A stretch of 64,000 nt of DNA. Origin: Myxococcales bacterium (lineage in GTDB: Bacteria; Desulfobacterota; Binatia; HRBIN30). Under the pieces are notes generated by a model. That model ran no database searches, had not been told where the DNA came from, and saw only the letters and a list, made by a program, of their open reading frames with translations. The stretch is from NCBI GenBank assembly GCA_037445065.1, contig JBBILD010000011.1, positions 80,505 through 144,504 of the forward strand, read 5' to 3'. Of the stretch, positions 40,911-51,012 are shown piece after piece. Both the position numbers and the translations under genes were made by a program. How positions within the stretch are numbered: the stretch's first letter is position 1; each line of letters starts with the position of its first letter.

Positions 40911-40919
40911 GTTGGTTCC

Positions 40920-42530
40920 TCACTGTGCGAATTTCGAATCTCCCGGCCGGTGGCCTTGCTCGTGGCTGCTCACCGGTGCTTGAGCGAAACGAGCCCGCAA
41001 CGCCCCTAGATCCACCTTGTTGGTCGCGTTGCGCGGTAAGCGCGCCACAAACTCGATGCGCCGGGGTTTTTTGAAGCCCGCAAGCCGCGTGGCGGCAAAG
41101 GAAAGGAGATCCTGGTCGGTCACGCGCGCTCCCGGCCGGCGGACGACCACGGCCGTGACTTGCTCGCCCCACTTCGGATGCGGCGTGCCGATGACCGCGA
41201 CCTCCGCCACCCCAGGATGTTCGCGCAACACCTCCTCCACCTCGGCGGGCGACACGTTCTCGCCCCCGGAAATGATCAGGTTTTTCAACCGCCCGGTCAT
41301 GTACAAGAACCCGTGCTCGTCTTGCATCCCCAGGTCTCCGGTATGCAACCAAGCGCCGCGGATCGCAGCCCGCGTGGCGGCGCGGTCGCGCCAGTAGCCG
41401 AGCATCACCGTTGGCCCACCGACCACGATCTCTCCTTCTTCTCGCGCTTGCGCGAACGAACCGTCGGCGCGGCGCACGCGCACAACCAGGTGCGGGTTTG
41501 TGCGCCCCACTGTACCGGGGAAATCGAAGACCTCGGTCCCGCGACTCATGGTCACGCCGTCGGTGGCCTCGGACTGGCCGTACGCCTCGATGACTTCGGC
41601 AAACGGGAATAACTCGCGCAGAGCACGCTTGTCCGCCATCGGCGTAGTCGTGCCGCCCACGGTGACCTTGCGTACCCGCTGTTGGATGCTCTCTGGCAAA
41701 GAGCCGAGCGTCACCACGTCGTGGACCATGCCGCCGATGAGCGTGAGGTCGGTGATCCCGTATCTCTCCACGGCCTCGAGCAGTTCCTCCACCCGAAAGC
41801 GCTCGAACAGCACGACAGGGGCACCCATCAGCAGGCGGCAGAGAACATGTGAAACGAACACCGGAGTGTGGCTGATCTGGCTGAGCGCTGCCCCGACCTC
41901 GCGCCCGTTGTCTCCGCGCGCTTGCGAACAAGCCAACGTTGCCCACTGCAGGTTTTCGTGTGAGAGCAGCACTCCTTTGGGGGCACCGGTCGTGCCAGAG
42001 GTATAGGCCAAAATGGCAGCGCTACGCGGTGCACTCTGCCACTCAGGCTTCTGGCTCGTGGTGGGCTCGGTCACGCTGCGCAGCGGCCCATCGGCGGACT
42101 CAGAGCCGAGCAAGACCTTCTGCTCCCAGGCTGCCGCGACCTCGCAAGCGGTTTCTTCGAGCGATTCTCCCATTACCAGCACCGACGCTTGCGAATGGTC
42201 GAGAAGGCGCAGGATCTCGCTCGCCGTCGAACGGGGAGAAAGGGGCGTGGCGACTGCACCCAGATGCCACGCGGCGTAGTGTAACGCCACGGCTAGGGGG
42301 CTGTTGGCCGTGCAAAAGGCGACTCGCTCTCCGGTTTGAACTCCGATTTGTGCCAATTGCGCGGCTAGGTGCTGGCTCGCTGCCGCTAGCTCGGCGTAAG
42401 TCCAGGAGCGCTCGCGATACCAGAGCGCCGGCGTTGCGCCACGTCGCTCTGCCTGCAGCAGCAGATGGTCCACGTGCGTGATCCTCGGGACACGAGGGCG
42501 AACCGCTACACTCTTTCCAGGCATCGCCAA
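40920..42530 (-). CDS. AMP-dependent acyl-CoA synthetase/ligase
   Basis: YTSGTTGAPKGV P-loop-like AMP-binding motif and a GEIVVGGPTVMLGYW motif. Confidence 0.85.
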   Translation of the reverse strand: MAMPGKSVAVRPRVPRITHVDHLLLQAERRGATPALWYRERSWTYAELAAASQHLAAQLAQIGVQTGERVAFCTANSPLAVALHYAAWHLGAVATPLSPRSTASEILRLLDHSQASVLVMGESLEETACEVAAAWEQKVLLGSESADGPLRSVTEPTTSQKPEWQSAPRSAAILAYTSGTTGAPKGVLLSHENLQWATLACSQARGDNGREVGAALSQISHTPVFVSHVLCRLLMGAPVVLFERFRVEELLEAVERYGITDLTLIGGMVHDVVTLGSLPESIQQRVRKVTVGGTTTPMADKRALRELFPFAEVIEAYGQSEATDGVTMSRGTEVFDFPGTVGRTNPHLVVRVRRADGSFAQAREEGEIVVGGPTVMLGYWRDRAATRAAIRGAWLHTGDLGMQDEHGFLYMTGRLKNLIISGGENVSPAEVEEVLREHPGVAEVAVIGTPHPKWGEQVTAVVVRRPGARVTDQDLLSFAATRLAGFKKPRRIEFVARLPRNATNKVDLGALRARFAQAPVSSHEQGHRPGDSKFAQ

Positions 42531-42673
42531 GCAACTAACGGTCGTTCATTTCTCCTGTCAAGCGACCGCGGAAACGATCATTCTCCAGCGACCGCGCGGC
42601 CGAGGCCAAAGGCGGCGATGGACTCGGGGCGCGGCGGCGTTGCGCGAGCCCCGTGAGTCCGTCCCCCCCGTTG

Positions 42674-43633
42674 TCATCCGGCCGAGCGGTGTAGCGAGAG
42701 TCCGAGCTCGACTCGTTCCGCGGCGGTACAGGCTGGGTCGGCACGCTTGCCTCCCAGAGCTTCGAGCAAAGGGCGCAAGCCCTTGCCGTTGGCCAACTGG
42801 ATGGCCAGCCCTGGGCGCGCATTGAGTTCGAGGATGCAGGGACCGAGGTGGGGGTCAATGACGATGTCCACGCCCAGATAGCCCAGCGGCACGGCGTCGA
42901 AACAACGCGCGGAGATGTCGAGAAGCTCGCCCCAACAGGGCACGCGTAGCTCGCGGAGCGGGGCGCCAGTGTCGGGATGTTGTTCGATGGCCCGCCCCTC
43001 CCAGACCGCGTGTCTGGCGCAGCCGGAAGAAAAATCCACTCCCACGCCGATGCCGCCAAGGTGCAAATTGGCGCGCCCGTCGGACTGCCGTGTCGGCAGG
43101 CGCACCATCGCCAGGATCGGAACTCCGTGTACCACCACGATGCGCACGTCGGGCACTCCCGCAACGCAAAACGCCTCGAAGTCCGGGTGGCACTGCAAGC
43201 GGTGCTCGACAAACACTTCGTCGGTGGTCTGCGTGAGCGAAAAGGCGCCGGCCAGAATGTCCGCCGCGTGGGCGAGCAGATCCTGCTCGCTCACCCGTTT
43301 GCCGCTCGGACGCAGCCACTGCTCTTGCTCGCGTTGTACGACGACCACGATGCCCTCGCCGCCAGCGCCACGTGCTGGTTTGAGCACGAAGTCGTCGAAC
43401 TGCCGCAGGCGCTCCCCTAGGTCTCGTAATTGGGAGAAGTGGGCGCAGGCCGCGTACGTGCGTGCCACAGGGAGTCGCCGCTCCTCCAAGGCACGTTTGG
43501 TGGCGAGTTTGTTGTCCACCAAGGCGACGAGCTGCGGTGGGTTGAAGGGAATCATGTAGTCGTGGTTGCGACGGTTGAGTCCGAGCGCTTCGCGGTGCAG
43601 CCGTTGGAGGCGCTGAACCAGGTGCTGGATCAT
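42674..43633 (-). CDS. RimK-like ATP-grasp alpha-L-glutamate ligase-like protein
   Basis: Start at MIQHLVQRLQ, overlapping the upstream stop as ATGA. ATP-grasp fold (FVLKPARGAGGEGIVVV...LGVDIVID...ILELNARPG). The 238 codons at the ORF 5' end are an out-of-frame overlap with the upstream gene. Confidence 0.8.
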   Translation of the reverse strand: MIQHLVQRLQRLHREALGLNRRNHDYMIPFNPPQLVALVDNKLATKRALEERRLPVARTYAACAHFSQLRDLGERLRQFDDFVLKPARGAGGEGIVVVVQREQEQWLRPSGKRVSEQDLLAHAADILAGAFSLTQTTDEVFVEHRLQCHPDFEAFCVAGVPDVRIVVVHGVPILAMVRLPTRQSDGRANLHLGGIGVGVDFSSGCARHAVWEGRAIEQHPDTGAPLRELRVPCWGELLDISARCFDAVPLGYLGVDIVIDPHLGPCILELNARPGLAIQLANGKGLRPLLEALGGKRADPACTAAERVELGLSLHRSAG

Positions 43634-45822
43634 GCCCCTTTTCCCTCCTCGGTGAGCGGCCAGAAACGCACGTACTCGAGGAGTCGCAGGCCGCGCCACT
43701 TGCCGAGCACGATGTCCACGCCCACGGACAGCAAGAGGATTTCTGGGAAGGCGAGGAGCAGAGACTGCAGCCCTCCCCATTCTATGGCGGTGTGACACGC
43801 AGCCGCCATGAGCAAGGTGTTGGCAGTGAGTCGCAGGGCAGTGCGAGTGCCGAACTGCGCGCGCGACGAGGCAAAATGCTCGATCATGTTGGACATGATG
43901 ACCATGGGAAAAATGCTGACGTTGAGCAAAGCGCCAATGCCGAAGGAAGCTCCGAGCACGGCGAGGCCAGCCATGATTCCGGCCACGATCGTGATCAGGA
44001 TGGCTAGACGCGAGACCAACTGCAGCCGTACCCTCTGCAGAACGGGGCGAAGCGCAGCACCGCTGCCAACGATCGTCACGAAGATCAGGATACCCCAGGC
44101 AAGCCCCGTGGTCAGGAACGCCAGCGAAACGATGACCGGCGCAAACGTCCCAAAGGTCTCGATCCCCACCACGATGCGAACCAGCACCACGAGAGCGGCA
44201 ATCACGGGCAGGACCAGGATGAAGGTCAGGGCTTGCAAGGGAACTTGCGCTACCACCGCACGCGACCAAGCCGCTACCACCCAGCGCCGCCAAGGCTGCA
44301 GGGAGTCGATCAGGAAGGCGTCTACCGAGGTGGGCTTCAATGCCCACTTGCGCGCTTCGCTGGCGAACGGAAGTCCGTCGAGCAAGTTTGCGCGGACCAG
44401 CGACCAGAGCACCGGTAACTTGACCGGGCGATCGAGCAAAACGATTTCCCCGGCGTCGAGCAATCTGTACAACACCGCGCCGAGAACAGTGCCCACTGGG
44501 CGCGCAAACTCGCCGGCAATCACCACCCGCGCGTCTTGCATTTTTACGCCGACCTCGCCGAGCACCAGAGAGGCAAAAAGCCCGGAGTCGTCGCCAGTGT
44601 GCAGGACAAGTACGTGCGCGGCTTGGACCAAATTGAGGTTGTTCGACAGGAGCCGCTGTAAGTATTGCTGGCGGAAGTACCTCGGCGCTTGCGGGACGTT
44701 AAACACGACCACGTTCACGTCCGCGTTCGTTGCTTCTCCAAAGATCCGCTCGATGGTTTGCGCAGCGGGGTCCTGGTCCGTGATGATCACCACGGAGGCC
44801 ACCGGGTCGGCTACGTAGCTCGACAGAGTGCGCGCTAGAGGTCGCGGGGGAGCGACAAACTCGCGCGCCTTCCCCCCTGACGGACTGGCAGATTCGAGGC
44901 GGGTTCGCTGGATGAGAAAGCCGTAGTCGAACTCCGTTCCTGCAGAGGAAACAATCAGAGGCAGGTCGCCCCGATAGATCGCGAAGTAGCGGTTAGGCAG
45001 CCAGGCGAAATGCCCTCCACTGGGATCGAGCGGTACCCATGTGTCGCCAACCTTGGCCTCGACCCAGGCAATGGTGGCCCGCTTCTTGGCCGCGTCTTCC
45101 AGACGCAGCCCGCCAATGATGTCGGCGGGAATCCCGCTGGCCCGCAGTAAGGCGGCGAGCAAGCGAGCGCGGCCGGTCATCGTCCCTTTTCCCCGGCGCA
45201 GCACGCTGAGCGCGTCTTCCCGCGTCCCCCCACTCGAGGCTTGAATCGAATTTGCAGTGAATTGAAAGAGAGCCCACAGTACCTCGCGCATGGATTTGGC
45301 GCCCTCGGTGAGTTCGCGTGCCAGTTTGCGCACGCCTGGATCCTGGCTCTGGATGAGCGAGGAGTCAGGCCAGTCTGGCCCCGTGGCCTCTCCCGTTCGT
45401 GGAGGAGGTGGTTGTTCCGGAACGTCGGCAATCGTATCGCGCACAGTTGCATCCCATTCGAGGACGATCTCGGGAGCTTGCGAGCCCGGCTCGCGTACGT
45501 AAACGCCCAGCATGTTCGGCCCGACAGGCGACTCGGAGAGGCGGAAGCCGGGTGTTTGGTTGCGGCGGCTCAGGATCTGCTGATGATCATTTGACAGCGG
45601 CAAAAAAACCTTGAAGGATCCGCTGGACAAATCCGGACTGGGGCGAAGGTAAAATCGTACCCGCCAGTAGGTGGTGGTCGGATTTTGCGGGCGTTCCTGT
45701 TGCGGAATGGCGAGTTCGGGCCCAGCGTAGAGTTCGGCGCTTGTGGTGGGTGTCGAAACGGCGGTCATGGCGCCCGCGTTGGCAGACCATAGGAGGCAAG
45801 CCAGCAGCAGGCGCAGGACCAT
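43630..45822 (-). CDS. Inactive transglutaminase-like domain fused to a C-terminal 7-transmembrane domain
   Basis: Signal peptide from Met 45822 (the ORF-track start 45951 would overlap the divergent ACAD). Transglutaminase-like core with the catalytic Cys replaced (KGTMTGRARLLAALLRASGIPADIIGG). Seven C-terminal hydrophobic helices. Confidence 0.8.
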   Translation of the reverse strand: MVLRLLLACLLWSANAGAMTAVSTPTTSAELYAGPELAIPQQERPQNPTTTYWRVRFYLRPSPDLSSGSFKVFLPLSNDHQQILSRRNQTPGFRLSESPVGPNMLGVYVREPGSQAPEIVLEWDATVRDTIADVPEQPPPPRTGEATGPDWPDSSLIQSQDPGVRKLARELTEGAKSMREVLWALFQFTANSIQASSGGTREDALSVLRRGKGTMTGRARLLAALLRASGIPADIIGGLRLEDAAKKRATIAWVEAKVGDTWVPLDPSGGHFAWLPNRYFAIYRGDLPLIVSSAGTEFDYGFLIQRTRLESASPSGGKAREFVAPPRPLARTLSSYVADPVASVVIITDQDPAAQTIERIFGEATNADVNVVVFNVPQAPRYFRQQYLQRLLSNNLNLVQAAHVLVLHTGDDSGLFASLVLGEVGVKMQDARVVIAGEFARPVGTVLGAVLYRLLDAGEIVLLDRPVKLPVLWSLVRANLLDGLPFASEARKWALKPTSVDAFLIDSLQPWRRWVVAAWSRAVVAQVPLQALTFILVLPVIAALVVLVRIVVGIETFGTFAPVIVSLAFLTTGLAWGILIFVTIVGSGAALRPVLQRVRLQLVSRLAILITIVAGIMAGLAVLGASFGIGALLNVSIFPMVIMSNMIEHFASSRAQFGTRTALRLTANTLLMAAACHTAIEWGGLQSLLLAFPEILLLSVGVDIVLGKWRGLRLLEYVRFWPLTEEGKGA

Positions 45823-45941
45823 GGATGGCAAGTGTCTACCAGGAGCTACCTGTACGGGCAATGGCGTAGGCGTTGGCAAGTGTGGCTTGGTTGTCTCGGT
45901 CCGGTGGGCATGCTTAAGCCAAGACCCACACCAGAAAACCG

Positions 45942-47111
45942 GTGGAGGCAAGGACCATGAGCGGTAGCGTGGGTTACGAGCAGGAAGAAGTGGTGGCCAC
46001 GGTACGGCGTTTTGTGGAGCGCGAAGTCATGCCGGTGGCGAGCGCGCTCGAGCATCGAAACGAGTATCCGTCCGCGTTGGTCGAGCGGATGCGGGAGTTG
46101 GGCTTGTTTGGAGCGACGATCCCTCCCGAGTACGGGGGTCTCGGCCTCGACGTGACCACCTATGCGCGGATCGTGGAGGAGCTGGCCCGGGGTTGGATGA
46201 GCCTGAGTGGGGTGCTGAACACTCATCTCATGGTCGCCTACTTGATTCGCGTGCACGGAACAGACGCGCAACGCTCCCACTACTTGCCGGCGATGGCGCG
46301 AGGCGAGCACCGCGGGGCATTGTGCCTGACCGAGCCGCACGCCGGAAGCGACGTGCAGCGCATCCGCACCACCGCGGTACGGCGCGGGGACACCTACGTG
46401 CTGAACGGTAGCAAGATGTTCATCACCAACGCGCGGACCGCAACGGTCTACGCAATTGCCGCGAAAACCGACCCCAAGGCCGATCCGCCGTACCGCGGGA
46501 TTAGCTTGTTCCTGGGCGAAAAAGGCCCGGGTCTCACGGTAAGCCGGGACATCGACAAGCTCGGGTACAAGGGGATCGAGACCTGCGAAGTGCACCTGGA
46601 AGACTACCACGTTCCGGCGGATCGCTTGCTCGGCGGAGAGGAAGGAAAAGGGTTCTTGCAGGTCATGAGCGGCCTCGAGGTCGGGCGTGTGAACATCGCT
46701 GCTCGCGCTGTGGGCGTGGCTACGGCTGCGTTCGAACAGGCGATCCGGTACGCACAACAGCGGGAAACCTTCGGCCGCCCGATTGCCCAGCACCAAGCAA
46801 TCCAACTGAAGCTGGCTGACATGGCAACCAAAATCGAAGCGGCGCGGCTTCTCACCTATCGTGCGGCGGAGAAGAAAGATCGGGGGGAACGTGCTGACCT
46901 GGAGGCCGGCATGGCAAAGCTGTTTGCGTCCGAAACGTGCCTCGAGGTCGCCACCGAAGCCATGCGCATCTTGGGCGGCTACGGGTACACGGCCGAGTTC
47001 CCAATTGAACGCTACTTCCGTGACGCGCCACTCATGATCATCGGTGAAGGGACCAACGAGATTCAGCGCCTGGTCATCGCTCGCCAACTGCTCGAAAAGT
47101 ACAAGCTTTAA
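45942..47111 (+). CDS. Acyl-CoA dehydrogenase
   Basis: 389 aa canonical ACAD (CLTEPHAGSDV, GGYGYTAEFPIERYFRDA). Confidence 0.9.
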   Translation: MEARTMSGSVGYEQEEVVATVRRFVEREVMPVASALEHRNEYPSALVERMRELGLFGATIPPEYGGLGLDVTTYARIVEELARGWMSLSGVLNTHLMVAYLIRVHGTDAQRSHYLPAMARGEHRGALCLTEPHAGSDVQRIRTTAVRRGDTYVLNGSKMFITNARTATVYAIAAKTDPKADPPYRGISLFLGEKGPGLTVSRDIDKLGYKGIETCEVHLEDYHVPADRLLGGEEGKGFLQVMSGLEVGRVNIAARAVGVATAAFEQAIRYAQQRETFGRPIAQHQAIQLKLADMATKIEAARLLTYRAAEKKDRGERADLEAGMAKLFASETCLEVATEAMRILGGYGYTAEFPIERYFRDAPLMIIGEGTNEIQRLVIARQLLEKYKL

Positions 47112-47297
47112 CCAGCGCTCCTGCGTGCTCGTTTTTGCCTTGGGCACGCTCCGGATGCATGCGCTCGGCAGGGCGCCCTTGTGCCCAAAACGAATCAGGG
47201 GATCAGCCGGCGCACCGGGCTTGTTGCTCGCACGGGCACCGAGGCGTAGCTCGCTCCTGGGGCTAGCGTGTGCCGAGCGTCACTTGTGGCCGGCGGC

Positions 47298-48491
47298 TCA
47301 AGCTGGCGTGTCGAGCCCGAAGAGTCGTTGGGCATTGGCTCCCAGGATGCGTTCGCGAGCCTCCGGCAGGTGTTCGGTGACGAGCAAGACCTTGGCCAGC
47401 GCCACCGCCTGCGGGTAAAAAGGCCAGTCGCTGCCAAAGAGCAAGCGCTCGCTGCCTAAGGTTTTATGGATCTCGTAAATGCTGGTGACGCCTTGCGAGG
47501 AGAGTTCGAGCCACACGTTATCGTAGGTTCGCGCCAAGCGAACGGCGTCCTCGACGTCGCGCGCGCCGGCGTGGCCGAGGATGAAGGGCAAGTCGTGGAA
47601 CTCGGCGATCGGCCGTTCATAGCGCCGCAGCAACGCGTACGGTCGCAAAAACTCGGGCTCGATTCCGGAGCGGCCGGCGTGAAACAAGACCGGTAAGCGG
47701 AGTTGCTGGCAGGCTCGGTAGATCGGCATGGCGGCCTCAGAATCCGGGAAGAAGCGTTGCATTTCGGGGTGGAGTTTCACCCCCCGCACCCCGGCGCCCG
47801 CGTAGCGGCGGAGCTTTTCGACCGCTTCTGGGTCGTTGGGATGGACCGAAGCGAACGGGAGCAAGCGGGCTTGGTTTTGCGAGCGTTCGATTGCCTCGCG
47901 GATCTCGAGGGTGGGGTCCTGGCCACCAGGCAAGCGCACCGCAATGGGTAGGATGGCGGCGCGCGAGATGTGCAGGGCGTCCATCTCTGCCAGCAGATTC
48001 GGGATCGTGTGCGTACTGGCAGCACGGCTCCCGAACAGCAGGCTCATCACGGTTTCCCAAGTGAGCCGCCGGTGCATGGCATCGGTAAAGGCAGAGTTGA
48101 CGTAGACGTCGAGGTCGATGGTGCAGGGAGGCTGCTGGGCATCGCAGTCCATCAAATACTGCGTTCGCGGCGTGCGGGCGAGTAAATCCACGCGCGGAGC
48201 GAGGAAATACGACCAGCCGAGATGGGTATGTGCGTCAATGACCGGTGGCAGCTCGATGGCGATGCGCAGGGTGCCATCCCCATCTGCGCGAAAATACGGG
48301 AGTCGTTGCAGGTCGCGGTAACCTTCGAACACGAGAGGGCCGAAGGGCCCGCTCCCCGAACGCAGACTTTCGAGTGCACGCTGGCGCTCCAGTCGCGCGC
48401 GGTCTTCCTCAGTGTAGTCGTTACCTGTTCCCCGGCAGGCGCTGGCCAAAGCTGCCAAACAAAGTTGCAGTACCTCTCTGCGAGTTGGCAT
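47298..48491 (-). CDS. Amidohydrolase-2 family metal-dependent hydrolase with a Tat-like signal
   Basis: Start at MPTRREVLQLCLAALASACRG. TIM-barrel hydrolase motifs DAHTHLG...HAG...FGSDWPF. The 5' 570 codons of the ORF-track entry are antisense to the M20 peptidase gene. Confidence 0.8.
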   Translation of the reverse strand: MPTRREVLQLCLAALASACRGTGNDYTEEDRARLERQRALESLRSGSGPFGPLVFEGYRDLQRLPYFRADGDGTLRIAIELPPVIDAHTHLGWSYFLAPRVDLLARTPRTQYLMDCDAQQPPCTIDLDVYVNSAFTDAMHRRLTWETVMSLLFGSRAASTHTIPNLLAEMDALHISRAAILPIAVRLPGGQDPTLEIREAIERSQNQARLLPFASVHPNDPEAVEKLRRYAGAGVRGVKLHPEMQRFFPDSEAAMPIYRACQQLRLPVLFHAGRSGIEPEFLRPYALLRRYERPIAEFHDLPFILGHAGARDVEDAVRLARTYDNVWLELSSQGVTSIYEIHKTLGSERLLFGSDWPFYPQAVALAKVLLVTEHLPEARERILGANAQRLFGLDTPA

Positions 48492-48581
48492 ACGAAATTG
48501 CCCGTGTAGATGAACGGAACGGCGGAGAGAAGAGAGAGCGAGCACTTTTGCGTTGCGGCGGCGTGCGGTAGGTGAGGAGGC

Positions 48582-50003
48582 ATGCAAACGGAGAGACTCC
48601 AGTCGTGGATCACGGCCGAGTGGCAGCGCTCGGTGCTTCCTGCCTTGCGCGAGTACATTTCCATCCCCAACCAGTCCCCCGCCTACGATCCGGAGTGGCG
48701 AACCAACGGCTTGCTCGAGCGAGCGCTGGGGGTCGCGCGACAATGGATAGAAGCGCAGCGTTTGGGGGGCTTGCGCGTGGAAACGGTGGTGTTGCCGGGT
48801 CGCACGCCGCTGTTGTTGCTCGAGGCGGACGGAGGCCGGGAGGGAACGGTGCTCCTGTATGGCCACCTCGATAAACAGCCCCCTTTCGAGGGCTGGCGCG
48901 CAGGGCTGGGTCCGTTTGAGCCTGTCCTTGAGGGAGATCGGCTGTACGGCAGGGGCGGGGCGGACGATGGTTACGCGGTGTTTGCGATCGTGACGGCTTG
49001 GCGAGCCTTGCAAGAGTTCGGGGCCCGCTTCCCGCGTTGCGTCGCCCTCATCGAGTGCAGCGAAGAAAGTGGCAGCGGCGACCTCGAAGCGTACGTAGAA
49101 CATCTCCGAGACCGCATCGGACGACCGGACCTGGTTGTCTGTCTCGATTCGGGGTGCGGCGATTATGAGCGCTTGTGGGCCACGGTGTCGCTGCGCGGGC
49201 TGGTCAACGCGGTCCTGCGCATTCGCGTGCTCGAGGAGGGTGTGCATTCCGGCGCGGCCAGCGGTGTGGTGCCCTCGACCTTTCGCATTGCGCGCCAACT
49301 CTTGGGTCGGATCGAGGACGATAAGACCGGGCGCATTTTGCTGGACTATGCTTGGTGCCCCATTCCCGAACAGCGGCTCGCCGAAGCGGAGGAAGTGGCG
49401 CGCGTGGTGGGCCCCGCGTTGCGCGATGCGTTCCCGTTTTATCGAGGAGCGCGTCCGGTCAGCGCCGATCCGCTTGAACTCGTCCTCAACCGGACCTGGC
49501 GCCCCCAGTTGGAGGTCGTCGGTGCCAGCGGTTTGCCCCCGGTGGCGAACGCTGGCAATGTGCTGCGGCCGATGACGGAGCTGAAGCTGTCTTTGCGGTT
49601 GCCGCCGCGCGTCAACGCTGCGGGAGTCGCACAGGCGTTGCAGCGAAGGCTGGAGGAAGACCCCCCTTACGGAGCCGATGTGGTTCTCGAGATTGGCGAG
49701 GCGGCGAGCGGCTGGGATTCCCCGGCGCTCACTGCCGAGCTGCAGCGTCTCTTGCATGCTGCGTCGCTCGCGTATTGGGGAAAGCCGCCTTGTTTTATGG
49801 GCGAAGGGGGCACGATTCCTTTTATGGGGATGCTGGGGCGGCTGTTTCCGGCCGCACAATTTGTGGTCACCGGTGTGCTGGGGCCGCACTCGAATGCGCA
49901 CGGTCCGAACGAGTTTCTGCACTTGCCGACGGCAGAGCGAATCACGTGCGCGGTCGCGCACGTGCTCGCGGAATGGACGGGGGCGGGTGCAGAGGCCGAG
50001 TGA
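48582..50003 (+). CDS. M20/M25/M40 family metallopeptidase (dipeptidase-like)
   Basis: 473 aa with M20 motifs LLYGHLDKQPP, GRGGADDGY and ECSEESGSGD. Confidence 0.85.
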   Translation: MQTERLQSWITAEWQRSVLPALREYISIPNQSPAYDPEWRTNGLLERALGVARQWIEAQRLGGLRVETVVLPGRTPLLLLEADGGREGTVLLYGHLDKQPPFEGWRAGLGPFEPVLEGDRLYGRGGADDGYAVFAIVTAWRALQEFGARFPRCVALIECSEESGSGDLEAYVEHLRDRIGRPDLVVCLDSGCGDYERLWATVSLRGLVNAVLRIRVLEEGVHSGAASGVVPSTFRIARQLLGRIEDDKTGRILLDYAWCPIPEQRLAEAEEVARVVGPALRDAFPFYRGARPVSADPLELVLNRTWRPQLEVVGASGLPPVANAGNVLRPMTELKLSLRLPPRVNAAGVAQALQRRLEEDPPYGADVVLEIGEAASGWDSPALTAELQRLLHAASLAYWGKPPCFMGEGGTIPFMGMLGRLFPAAQFVVTGVLGPHSNAHGPNEFLHLPTAERITCAVAHVLAEWTGAGAEAE

Positions 50004-50010
50004 GCCGAGG

Positions 50011-51012
50011 TCAAGCTGAACGGGCTGCGGGCTGCCGCGCAGCGAGATAGCGCTCGAAGGCTTCACGGGAGGACACCCGCGGCGTATAGCCGAACTCCGC
50101 CTTGAGCTTTCGGTTGGACAAGACAGGGCGGTAAGCGAGGAAGCCGACTTGTTCGGGCCCGTACTGGGTGAGCCCGAGAGCACGGCCGAGGCGCAGCGCC
50201 ACACGCAGTAGCCGGCGCGGGATGCCGACGTACGGCTTTCCCATGGTGGCCGCCATTTCCGCTAGGGTGACGGTGCCGTCACCGGCAACGTTGAAGACGC
50301 CGCTTTCCTGACGCCAGAGTGCGCGGTGCAGGATCTCGACCACGTCTTCGTCCCATACGAAGACAAAAGGAGTGGTGGTGCCGGAAACACCGAGCACGAA
50401 AGGCCGCTCGAACAGCGCTGTGATTTGGTTCTTGACGGTTGGGCCCAGGACGGTGCAGAGGCGAAAGACAACCTGGATCAGCTCCGGTTGCTCGGCTCGT
50501 TGTCGCGCCAGATACTCTTCGATCAGGCGCTTATGGTACGAGTAAGCGAATTCCTCGTTGCCGCGCAGCGGATGCGTTTCCTCCAGCCACGCGGGATTGT
50601 CGGCATGGTATCCGTAGGCGGCACCGCTACTGGTGACGATGAGCCGCCGGACGCGCGCTCCCAGGCAAGCCTGGACCACGTTCTCGGTCCCGCCCACGTC
50701 GATCGAGTACATCTCTTCGCGACTCATTCCTGGAGGAGGGGTCACGATCGAAGCGAGGTGCACCACCGACTCGATGCCGCCTTCCTCCAAGAGTGTGACC
50801 AAGGCGGGATCGCGCACGTCCAATTGCCGCCACTCCGCGCCCCCTGCGTCGGCGGAAGCGGGAATGCGCAGGTCTATGGCCACCACCCGCTCGATGGCTG
50901 GATCGCGCTCGAGCCGCGCGACGAGCCGGCGCCCGATAAAGCCAGCGGCTCCGGTTACCAGCACGCGCTGGCGGGTTGGTTCCGTGCGAGCTGACTCATC
51001 CCGTTTGCTCAT
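50011..51012 (-). CDS. NAD-dependent epimerase/dehydratase (SDR family)
   Basis: Start at MSKRDES. Rossmann motif VLVTGAAGFIGRRLV and a YxxxK motif. Confidence 0.85.
   Translation of the reverse strand: MSKRDESARTEPTRQRVLVTGAAGFIGRRLVARLERDPAIERVVAIDLRIPASADAGGAEWRQLDVRDPALVTLLEEGGIESVVHLASIVTPPPGMSREEMYSIDVGGTENVVQACLGARVRRLIVTSSGAAYGYHADNPAWLEETHPLRGNEEFAYSYHKRLIEEYLARQRAEQPELIQVVFRLCTVLGPTVKNQITALFERPFVLGVSGTTTPFVFVWDEDVVEILHRALWRQESGVFNVAGDGTVTLAEMAATMGKPYVGIPRRLLRVALRLGRALGLTQYGPEQVGFLAYRPVLSNRKLKAEFGYTPRVSSREAFERYLAARQPAARSA

Noticed and set aside
43634-44347. 5' extension of the ATP-grasp ORF (42674..44347) and plus-strand ORF 43808..44818
   Set aside because: The extension overlaps the 7TM region of the upstream gene out of frame. 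The ATP-grasp domain starts at Met 43633, which forms an ATGA overlap with the upstream stop. The plus-strand ORF is antisense to the 7TM gene.
45846-47147. 433-aa minus-strand ORF
   Set aside because: It is antisense to the well-supported acyl-CoA dehydrogenase gene at 45942..47111.
48492-50204. 5' 570 codons of the 968-aa ORF 47298..50204
   Set aside because: This part is antisense to the M20 peptidase gene. The amidohydrolase has its own Tat-like signal and start at 48491.
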